From contig CM059432.1 in NCBI GenBank assembly GCA_030390025.1, positions 125,490,001 through 125,554,000 on the forward strand: 64,000 nucleotides of DNA, given 5' to 3'. Below the pieces are notes generated by a model. The model saw only the letters and a list, made by a program, of their open reading frames with translations. It had not been told where the DNA came from and did not search any database. The stretch is from Squalus acanthias. Lineage: Eukaryota. A program made the position numbers and the translations under genes. Positions 13,282 through 23,932 of the stretch are shown one piece after another (the stretch's first letter is position 1; each line of letters starts with the position of its first letter).

Positions 13282-15103
13282 CTTGTGTTTCCCCTGTTGA
13301 GTCAGTTGGCCTTAACCTTCCATGCGGTCATCCTTTACTGCTCCTCATCCTCTCATTATCCAAGACTCTTTTTCTCCCCACTCCCCAGATTTCTTCCCTT
13401 TTTGAACACTATTCCCAGCCCATTACATTAGTATACTATAACTCTACTCACTATTGTCCTTTTAGCTTCCAGCTGCTAAAGTGGGTTGCAATTGCCCAAG
13501 TAATTTCTACTAATATCGATTACCCATTTTGGAAGCCCTCCATCCAGTTAACATGGAAACTGCATCCAGATCCCAAAATAACTTGGCAAATAGTTGTAAC
13601 TTCCAGAATAGTACAACCCCACTTCTTCATGGAACTACTAATTTGCATTGCAACTGTTACACTAACACTTCTCTGAAGAATATGTGCCAGGTAGCTTGGT
13701 AGAGAAATGCACTGACTGGTGCAAAACTGAGCCATGAAGGCCCAGGTTGAGACCAAGGTGAACTCAGTCAGGGCGGCGATCGGAGTGTTACAGTGCCCAT
13801 GAACTAAGTTTGGGAGGGGTTGGAAAATGAGGGAAAAAATTCTGTCAGGGTTCCCACTCTTGATCGCTAACTGGTGACCCCATTGCACATCAATTTTTCG
13901 ATGCATTAATTATGAAATAAATAAGCCTCAGAAATATTCATTCAAATCTACCAAGGATAATTTGTAGTGCCACACTGCACTTCAGAATGCAGCAGGTCCT
14001 CACACAAAACTAACAACTGATTGCTAAAACAACTACACTACAGCCCTAAACTATACACGAACACTTCCCCACAGCCTCTGAAGCCTACACACCAGGAAGA
14101 GCTAAACTTAACCATTAATCAAGTCACCAAGTGCAAATGTTGTTGTAAGCCTTACTGCACAAATATAATGCATATCCTTAATGTTTAATATATTATAGAT
14201 GATTTAATAGATCATAGCAATTAAATATTTTAAGTGCACATAATAAATCATTGAATAACTACATTTCATGGCCCCCGTGTGATACAACAGAATACTATTG
14301 ATGGACGTGCCCAAACAGAACACTTGACATTACATAATCTAGCCCTCAGTTAAATGATTCATCATATAGAGAATGCATGAAGCATCATCCATTTGACGTG
14401 TCATGCAGGCTTATATGTTACATTATAGCAAGCAATCTATCTCCCTAGTTTCTTTATTGCTTCCAAAGCTCTCTAAAAGTCCATATGAAACGAGATTCCC
14501 TTCGAATGTTCTTCTGTATAGCATCAGGATAAGCTGCACGATCCCTATCCTCCCTCCAGTGTGCTGATTGTTAGGAAGCAAGCAGTTTGTTGGATTTCAC
14601 CAAATGATAAAATTCATTTGAGTTGGTGCCAGCCGGTCCTGGCATGAAGTGATTTGTTCAGTTAAGATTTGGCAATAAGAGACAGGATGACGTGCATTGG
14701 TAGGCTCTTCATCGTTCTTTAATGATGCTCTCCTGCACATGCCTAGCACCCAAAGCACGAGATCTAAAACCCACACAGTGGGGAAAAAACCCTAGAACTA
14801 AAATGCATCAGTACTGGACTCGCCTAGAAGATTTGTGTTTCAATACCAGTCTCCACTGACATTCATACTTAAACTTCTTTATGGAAATCAGGTTACTGGT
14901 TTTGGTAAAAAAAAACGCTGCATGGTAGGCCATCCAAGGAATAGTGTTTTGCGATAGCGTGGATGTGGGAGAGAATACTTTTGTTAAAACTACATTTAAA
15001 AAGGGTACATACTCAAGTGAAGTACAGTGTATATAGCTACCGTGATACTTTGCATCTTATAATATGCTAATTCAGGATTAGGAAAATTGAAATCATTCCC
15101 TAC

Positions 15104-15168
15104 CTGTTGTGCATTCTTTAATAATGTGGTGAATATTTCACTGACAGATATAGCAGGATCCTCCCCAA
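15104..15168 (-). CDS. SNX31: SNX31 coding exon 4 (VGEDPAISVSEIFTTLLKNAQQ), end of PX domain
   Basis: Acceptor cttttacag|, 65 nt, donor CAG|gtaggg. Phase 1 to phase 0. DP...S.IF..L..AQ pattern of SNX17/31. Confidence 0.92.
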
Positions 15169-15892
15169 CTGTAAAAGCAAGAACATGAATGTTCAGCAGC
15201 TGGTTTTGTTTCTTTATCATGATTATAAAACTAGAGATGGCAAGTACCCACCAGACTTGCACCTCCAACATTAGAGTCTTATTTACAGGGACTGCAATAA
15301 AAATGCTCGTGAAAATTGAAGAACTGCATTCCTTTGGAAAATAACAAGGCGTATTCAGCAGCTTGAAGAAAACCTGTATATACACACACATGGGTTGTAA
15401 ATTTCAAATTGGGTTTTGGGGAATTGCACTCATCCAGGTGAATTATATCAAAAAGTATATCAGCAGGAAAAAAAAAGCATCGGCACTTCAAATTCAAAAC
15501 ATCTAGTTACAGTGTCCATTAGTCAAACATTTTTGTTCCCCCAGGTTCTGTACTGTATATTCAGATAGATCTCACTTACAAGCGATATTACTAAAGCCTG
15601 CGTAGTACAAACATAAAACCAGTAGAGAGGTCGTTCACATTGAAAAGTAGCAGCACAAGCCTTCTTCAGCACAGCTTCATGCTGCCATAAATGGTATTAA
15701 TAGTTTCCAAGCTTCTTGCTTCCTGCTATTTCTCATGATATATCACGGAATTTACATTACAAATCAAATCAACGAACTTGGGCTATTGCACACAAGTGCC
15801 ATCAGTGAAGATATCTGCCCTGCAAACAGGGCTGATCGTTCTGCTTTAATACTTGAGTGACAGATACAGGCTCCATACATGCATATTATTAC

Positions 15893-16748
15893 TTAGAATT
15901 ACATAGCACAAAAACAGGCCATTTGGCCCAACTGGTCCATGCCGGTGTTTATGCTCCACATGAGCCTCCTCCCACCCTTCATCTAACCCTATCAACATAT
16001 CCTTCTATTCCTTTCTCCCTCATGTAATTATCTAGCTTCTCTTTAAATGCATCTATGCTATTCCCATCAACAACTCCTTGTGGTAGCAAGTTCCACATTC
16101 TATCCACTCTGAGTAAAGACATTTCTCCAGAATTCCTGATTGGATTTATTAGTGACCAGCTTATATTTATGGCACCTAGTTTTGGACTTCCCCACAAGTG
16201 GAAACATCATCTCTACATCTACCCTATCAAACCCCTTCATGATTTTGAAGACCTCTATCAGGTCACCCCTCAGTCTTCTCTTTTCTAGTGAAAAGAGCCC
16301 CAACGTGTTCAGTTTTTCCTGATAGTTGTACCATTTCAGCTCTAGCATCATCCTTGTAATTTTTTTAAATTTTTTTTTGCACTTTCTCCAGTGCTCTATA
16401 TCGTTTTTGTAATATGGAGGCCAGGACTGTTCACAGTACTCCAAGTGTGGTCTAACCAAGGTTCTATCCAAGTCTAACACAACTTCTCTGCTTTTGAATT
16501 CTATTCCTCTAGAAATGAACCCCAGTGCTTTGTTTGTACTTTTTATGGCTTTGTTAACCTGCATCCCTACTTTTAATGATTTGTGAATCTGTACCCCTAA
16601 ATTCCTTTGCGCTTCTACCTCATTTAGACTCTTATTTTCCAATGTGGCCTCCTTATTCCGCCTACCAAAATGCAACACCTCACAGTTATCTACAGTATAT
16701 TGAAATTCATTTGCCATTTACATGCCCATTCTGCAAGTTTGTTAATGT
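15893..16748 (-). mobile_element. 5'-truncated CR1 LINE
   Basis: ORF 16100-16717 with LVRPHLEYC and RGDLIEVFKI motifs. Confidence 0.9.
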
Positions 16749-18067
16749 CTTACACTTCTATATTATATCTTTCCATTTGAAATTTTAGCATTGGGCTTAT
16801 TAATACTTATCAGTGATTATTAATAGGGTTTGCAAGCATCTCCTTCCATTGATTTGGCATCATTCGCAGTTCTGTGTCCAAAGACCTCTTGGGTTGAGAT
16901 AGGTATAGCAAGGTTTTTGTCCTTCTTTTACTGTTTAGTTTTCCATCACAATGGTGAGATGGAAATGCACAAAGCTAAGCACTTGTGTAATTAGAGGACT
17001 AAGAATTCCAAAATGCTTCAATATCCAAAATGTACTGGTAAAGGTTAAGTAGTGTATTCCTCTTTGTCCATGGCTTTATTTTGCTCTGTATAAATTTACA
17101 ATATATAGGCTTCTAATATGTGGTCAGTCATTGTAGTGCTTTCCCACTTATAGGAGTGATCAAGAAAGTATGGTGCCATCCTTTACCTCTTTCTAATGTG
17201 TAAATGAGAAAAAGGTACTTTTTAAAATCCTGTGACACTCTAACCCCTTCGCTCCACACAAAAGGTATACAAGTTCCAGTTCACAGGAGACGCAGGCCTG
17301 CACATGGAAACTGCTTTGGTGTTGGAAGCACGGGTATGTTAGGAGGAGGCCAAATTGTAAGAACTTACAAAAGGCAAAGCCACACTTGGCTGCATAGTAC
17401 AAATGTTTCAGCAACAGCAGAAATTCCTACGACCAGGAGAAATGAAGGCTCCCCGGGAAATCTAGTGTAGGCTTCCATGATCCTAGCCCACTGTTGCCAT
17501 TATTCGGAGTTGCTACCAGCTAGATGATGCCCACTTAGCGAGAGCCAGTGGCACGAGAGCAATATAAAAACAGTTTAAATTTCAGGACTGAATTCATTCC
17601 CATTCTCAACTTCTTAAAAAAAAAATGGTGTTAGCTTTTGCTTCTAATAAAGCATCATCACCACTGTTGGAAATATTTTTTATTGCTTCTGAAGAGGCTG
17701 GGATATTGATGCATGAATTCCCGGGGATCTCCTGTACCTTTCCCAGGTGATAATTCTTCATATGTAGCATAGAGAGTGAGTATCAGCAGGATATTTGACC
17801 ATGGATTGGGGGTGGGGGGGGAAAGAAGAAAAAATGGTTCTGTCCTCACCCAACATTCACATAGCATCACCTCCCAATGCAGTTCAGTGTGTCAGGATTA
17901 GAAGCAGGAACACTAGCTGATATTCCTCCCCTCTTAGCTCAGAAGCCCTGATTCATGTACTTGTTTGAGCCAATGGGTCACTCGTATAAAAGAAATGGGT
18001 TTGATCTTTTAAAGACCAGCCTATCAAGTTTAAGGGGTTTTCCTCAGAATTAACTTGATAGACCTAC

Positions 18068-18185
18068 CTTGCTGAAGGTACTGCTGCAACTGAAGTCTTC
18101 TTTCTTCCGCCATAGACTCCGTTTGCGCAAGATAATTCTTAGGCGGAAAATGCGGCACAAGATTGCTCCCAAAATATCGTCTCAG
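18068..18185 (-). CDS. SNX31: SNX31 coding exon 3 (LRRYFGSNLVPHFPPKNYLAQTESMAEERRLQLQQYLQQ)
   Basis: Acceptor atttcttttag|, 118 nt, donor AAG|gtaggt. Contains the PX-domain FPPK and ERRxxLxxYL motifs. In phase with exons 2 and 4. Confidence 0.95.
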
Positions 18186-18244
18186 CTAAAAGAAATCAAA
18201 TATTCCAGCGTTAATCCAGGTATATACGTATGCAAGTACTGTGT

Positions 18245-18672
18245 AAAAAAGAAAAACTTACATTTATGTAGCACATTTCACAACCTCATGATGTCCCAAA
18301 GCACTTAATAGCCAATGAAGTACTTTTTGAAGAGTAGTTACTGATGTAATGTCGGAAACACGGCAGCCAATTTGATGCACAGCAAGGTCCCACAAACAGC
18401 AATCCGACAATAACCAGATAATCTGGGTGTGTTTTTTTTTTTAAATATAAAAAGATTTTGGTTGACTGATAAATATTGGCCAGGACACCGGGGAGAACTC
18501 CCCTGCTCCTCTTCGAAATAGTGCCATGGGATCTTTTACATCCACTTGAGAGAGCAGACGGGGCCTCGGTTTAACATCTCATCTGAAAGACAGCACCTCC
18601 GACAGTGCAGCACTCCCTCAGCACTGCACTGGAGTGTCAGCCTGGATTATGTGCTCAAGTCTCTGGAGTGAC
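18245..18672 (-). mobile_element. Deu-domain SINE
   Basis: Colinear with 19527-19998. Confidence 0.85.
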
Positions 18673-18699
18673 TTGATCACAAAATCTAGGCTGGTGTAG

Positions 18700-18940
18700 A
18701 CAACAACAACAAGCATTTATATAGTGGCTTTAACGTAGTTTAAAAAAGGTCCCAAAGCGCTTCACAGAAGTGTTGACAAACAAAATTCGACACCAAGCCG
18801 CATAAGGAGATATTAAGACAGGTGAAAGAGGTAGGTTTTAAGGAGTGTCTTAAAGGAGGAGAGAGTGGTAGAAAGGCGGAGAGGTTTAGGGAGGGAATTC
18901 CAGAGCTTAGGGCCTCTGCAGCTGAAGGCATGGCCACCAG
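18700..18940 (-). mobile_element. L2 3' end fragment
   Basis: Matches 8381-8630. Confidence 0.85.
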
Positions 18941-19526
18941 TAAACCTACTCTCAAATATATCCCTGACTGTTACAAATTTTACTAGATATTCTCTCAGAT
19001 TCAGAATCTCCAGTTACTCCCGTAAACGAAACTCGTGTCCCCTACGATTAGGACCATATTTATTCTGCCCAATATCTAGTCAAACAATAGTATGACCTGG
19101 AGACCACAACAATAATATCCGCCATTGTGTGTATTGGATATCGTGATCTTACGCATGTCCCATATGCTTTTCTCCTATCTCCCAGCAGGCAAACTGATCT
19201 TCACTCTAGTGAGAGGAGGCCAACTGCAAGCCAACAAACTGGTTTATTTTACATGAAATACGTGAACGAACAGCAGCCAGTCTTCTAGTGAAATACATCT
19301 ATTTCACATCACTCTTCATAGCATTCGTCACTCTAACCCTGTTAATGGGCTTAACTCACTTTACAAGTTAGCAATCCTTCAACTCGACAGACTAAAATTT
19401 CCGTTACAAATTTTGTTTGCGCTCTGGATATTCTCTCGCATTTAGTGTCACTAGTTTCTCCCAAGAGTGAATCTCATGTCCATGATGATCAGGAGTTTAA
19501 CCCTTAAAGCCCAATATCCAGTCATA

Positions 19527-19998
19527 AAGAAGAAAAAAAACTTGCATTTCTATAGCGCCTTTCACGGCCACCGGACGTCTCAAAGCGCTTTACAGCCAGT
19601 GAAGTATTTTTTGAAGTGGAGTCACTGTTGTAATGTGGGAAACGCGGCAGCCAATTTGCGCACAGCAAGGTCCCACAAGCAGCAATGTGATAATGACCAG
19701 ATAATCTGTTTTTGTTATGTTGGTTGAGGGATAAATATTGGCCAGGACACCGGGGATAACTCCCCTGCTCGTCTTCGAAATAGTGCCATGGGATCTTTTA
19801 CATCCACCTGAGAGCAGAGACGGGGCCTCAGTTTAACATCTCATCTGAAAGACGGCACCTCAGACAGTGCAGCACTCCCTCAGCACTGCACTGGAGTGTC
19901 AGCCTAGATTTATGTGCTCAAGTCCCTGGAGTGGGACTTGAACCCACAACCTTCTGACTCAGAAGCAAGAGTACTACCCACTGAGCCACAGCTGACAC
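19527..19998 (-). mobile_element. Intact tRNA-derived Deu-domain SINE (SacSINE1-like)
   Basis: Minus strand reads A box TGGCTCAGTGG and B box GGTTCAAGTCC, central conserved domain, and L2-like tail aaggcgctatagaaatgcaag. Confidence 0.88.
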
Positions 19999-21549
19999 TT
20001 AATACAATAATGTGACTCAAGACAGTAATAAAATAATCCTCATGTTATATGAACTGGATACCATAATCACGCACAAACAACCACGTGCATTTCACCAGTC
20101 TTCCAAGAAGCAAAACTGAACAGCACGATTAAACAAAAATCAAGAAGCTGTTTTATTTTACAGATTTGACAGAGTAGTCATTCCAGACTTTTAAATTTCT
20201 TCTATAACCCTCCCCATAATATACAAAACAAAACATGCCCCACTATCCCTGTTAAGGGGCTAAGCTGGTTAATCTTATAATCCCTAAATCTGACCATCTC
20301 TCCCGATGCCCAGCCGGTTCTCTTCTTAAAGGAAATGTGTCTCCTACCCATCTACCTCAGCAGCCTTTCTGCGATTGACTCGGTGAACATGCGACAGGGT
20401 CTTTCATCCCCTCACTGGACAGGAAGTCAAGGGCTTTGACTCTCCCAGTTCTCTAGGTCCAGGGACTGGCCAGCTGAGTGGCCAATCAAAACAGCTACCA
20501 CCATATAAGGAATGTGGGGCCCAGCCATATCACCTCATGCTGTGTACGCATCAATAGAGTTTCTCCCAACATCTCATGAGGGAGTGCCTACGGAAAGCCT
20601 TTGAAACGGGTTAACAATCCACCTATTGTTGCAGATCGTAAAGGAGAACAGTTTCAATGGCTGGCTCGAAAGCTCTTGGAGGAGCTCATTAACACACTTC
20701 AGCCCCTTTGCCCTGGTGGCTCCAGTCTGCCTTTTGCTGTCAGAAAGATGGAGAACCCAAGTTCATAACAGGAACATATTACAGCATAAGCTAAAAATTG
20801 CTCAAATAGTCAAGAATTCCTAAACATGACCCTTCCCTATTATAGGCCACTAGAGTCTCACAACCGTCCTCTGGCTGAAGAGAAAGTGAAAGCTTGTGCC
20901 TGTCTGTGTTCCAGGCTCCAAAATCTGCTGCAGACTGTCTTTTCCCCCCCCCCGCCCCCACCATACCAAAAGCTTAATCTTCTCATCCCTTCCTCAGCTC
21001 TGTATTGAAGATCGGTTCGCCGAGCTGCCAATCAAGACCACCACCTTGGATCAGAAACTCCTTTCCTCTCTTTCCTCCCACCCCTCACCAACCCCAGCAT
21101 GAGTGCCACAGGAACTAAACTGCCTGTTTAGCTGGGCCTCCTACCATATACAATGAATGGAAACCAATCCAACATTATTAGATGCAAATATCTCTGAAAG
21201 GTACCAATATCCCTGAAATGTACTAATGACCTCCCCCTTGTCTCAAACTAATATGGTATTGAGAGCATACATAATCCGACTAACTTCTGTGCGCCGTACA
21301 CCATCTAACAGACCTAAATCGACATCCTGTTCCCTGGAGTTAACCGCTTGTGGTTCTAATTTAAACCCATAACAGTATCATAATACAGATTAACCCAAAA
21401 ATTCCTTCTCAACCAAACTGATGAAAATCCCAAAACAGAACACTGACTAAAGCACTTATTTCTCCATTTGTTTTCCCTCTCACGAAGGCGCTGCCTTTTT
21501 CCAGGGTACAGTTGTACAAGCACCTAGAACCCTCCAGCATCTCATGCAA

Positions 21550-22095
21550 CTGTGAGCCTAGAGAGTGAGTGTTGGCAGCACCTTACCCAACTGTGAGCCT
21601 AGAGGTGAGTGTTGGCAGTACCTTACCCAAGTGTGAGCCTAGAGGTGAGTGTTGGCAGTACCTTACCCAACTGTGAGCCTAGAGGTGAGTGTTGGCAGCA
21701 CCTTACCCAACTGTGAGCCTAGAGGTGAGTGTTGGCAGCACCTTACCCAAGTGTGAGCCTAGAGGTGAGTGTTGGCAGTACCTTACCCAACTGTGAGCCT
21801 AGAGGTGAGTGTTGGCAGCACCTTACCCAACTGTGAGCCTAGAGGTGAGTGTTGGCAGCACCTTACCCAAGTGTGAGCCTAGAGGTGAGTGTTGGCAGTA
21901 CCTTACCCAACTGTGAGCCTAGAGGTGAGTGTTGGCAGCACCTTACCCAACTGTGAGCCTAGAGGTGAGTGTTGGCAGCACCTTACCCAAGTGTGAGCCT
22001 AGAGGTGAGTGTTGGCAGTACCTTACCCAAGTGTGAGCCTAGAGAGTGAGTGTTGGCAGTACCTTACCCTGTGAGTGTTGGCAGTACTTCATCCA
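21550..22095. repeat. 40-bp minisatellite, 13 units plus a partial, with 120-bp higher-order periodicity
   Basis: Unit (c/g)tgtgagcctagaggtgagtgttggcag(c/t)accttacccaa starting at 21550, 21591, 21631 ... 22031. Confidence 0.97.
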
Positions 22096-22985
22096 AGCTT
22101 AAGCGGTATCCAGGTAGGCCCCTCTTTTACAGCTGCGGACCTGGGCGAGAAGTGAGTGGAGCAGCGAGGCTATAAAAGCCTGCGGTATCCAGGTAGGCCC
22201 CTCTTTTACAGCGGCGGACCTGGGCGAGAAGTGAGTGGAGCAGCGAGGCTATAAAAGCCTGCAGTATCCAGGTAGGCCCCTCTTTTACAGCGGCGGACCT
22301 GGGCGAGAAGTGAGTGGAGCAGCAAGGCTAAAAAGTTATACAGGGTGATTACTTTAATAGTGCGGGTCGCAGTGGTTGTTGGGTAAGTTTTTTTTTTACC
22401 TGTATATAAGTTGGCGGTTTCTAAACCCGAGACACTACACTTGTAGTGTCCCCCACCCTTCCACCTCCTCCAACCTAAAGGGGGCGAGTGTATATCAGGA
22501 GGCCCGGTGAGTATCTAAACTCACTTTCGCGGGCTTTTGTTTGCAGAGGCTGCTGTCGGGAGCAGAGAGAGCCGAGGCCCGGTGAGTATCTAAACTCACT
22601 TTCGCGGGCTTTTGTTTACAGAGGCTGGTGTCGGGAGCGGAGAGAGCCGAGGCCCGGTGAGTATCTAAACTCACTTTCGCGGGCTTTTGTTTGCAGAGGT
22701 TTACCAATCTCAGACCGGCGGCGGCGTTCCAGAGCCACGTTACGATTCAAAACGTGACGTGGGCAGGAGGGAGCGGCTGATTGGGTGAGTACGGCAGGTT
22801 AGTATTTATACTACTTTATAGTTTGATAGTTAAGGTTCATAGTTTATAAAGTTTCGAAGATCTTAATTTTGTGATTATAATTTCTAGTGCTAGTAACCAA
22901 GGGCCCTTGAGTAATTCATTTAATTGAGTGAAATTGGTGGTATTGATTTGATTTAATTAAAGTTCAATTAATTAAAGGGTAAGTC

Positions 22986-23932
22986 ATGGCAGGACAGCCC
23001 AGCCCCATGTTGTGCTCCTCCTGCTCTATGTGGGAAATCAGGGACCCTTCCGGTGTCCCTGACGACCATGTGTGCGGGAAGTGTATCCAGCTGCAGCTAC
23101 TGACAGCCCGCATTGCGGCGCTGGAGCTGCGGCTGGATGCATGTTGGAGCATTCGCGATGCTGAGAACCTCGTGGATAGCACGTTTAGTGAGTTGGTCAC
23201 ACCGCAGGTGACGGGTGTACAGGCAGGAAGGGAATGGGTGACCACCAGGCAGAGTAGGAGGTGCAGGCAGGTAGTGCAGGGGTCCCCTGTCCCATCCCCC
23301 TCTCAAACAGATATACCGCTTTGGATACTGTTGGGGGGAATGACTTAGGGGAAGGCAGCAGCAGCCAACTTCCTGGCACCATGGGCGGCTCTGCTGCACA
23401 GGCTGGGAGGAAAAAGAGTGGAAGAGCTATAGTGATAGGGGACTCAATTGTAAGGGGAATAGATAGGCGTTTCTGCGGCCGCAACCGAGACTCCAGGATG
23501 GTGTGTTGCCTCCCTGGTGCAAGGGTCAAGGACGTCTCGGAGCGGCTACAGAACATTTTGGAGGGGGAGGGCGAACAGCCAGCTGTCGTGGTGCACATAG
23601 GCACCAACGATATAGGTAAAAAAGGGGATGAGGTCCTAAAAGCAGAATATAGGGAGTTAGGAGGTAAATTAAAAAATAGGACCTCAAAGGTAGTAATCTC
23701 AGGATTGCTACCAGTGCCACGTGCTAGTCAGAGTAGAAATAGGAGGATATTTCAAGTGAATACGTGGCTAGAGGAATGGTGCAAGGGGGAGGGATTCAAA
23801 TTCCTGGGACATTGGAACCGGTTCTGGGGGAGGTGGGACCAGTACAAACCGGACGGTCTGCACCTGGGCAGGGCCGGGACCGCTGTCCTAAGGGGAGTGT
23901 TTGCTAGTGCTGTTGGGGAGGATTTAAACTAA
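22986..23932 (+). CDS. CR1 ORF1p: CxxC..CxxC zinc finger, leucine zipper and SGNH esterase domain (frameshift near 23290)
   Basis: CSSC...CGKC, then GDS, HIGTND and DGLH motifs across ORFs 22986-23348 and 23261-23932. Confidence 0.9.

Noticed and set aside
19920..19998. tRNA gene
   Set aside because: A and B boxes belong to a SINE head that continues into the SINE body and tail.
18960..21430. Possible LTR/ERV remnant in intron 2
   Set aside because: No paired LTRs, primer-binding site or gag/pol motifs visible.
21550..22095. CRISPR-like array
   Set aside because: Units are contiguous with no unique spacers, there are no cas genes, and the context is vertebrate. It is a minisatellite.
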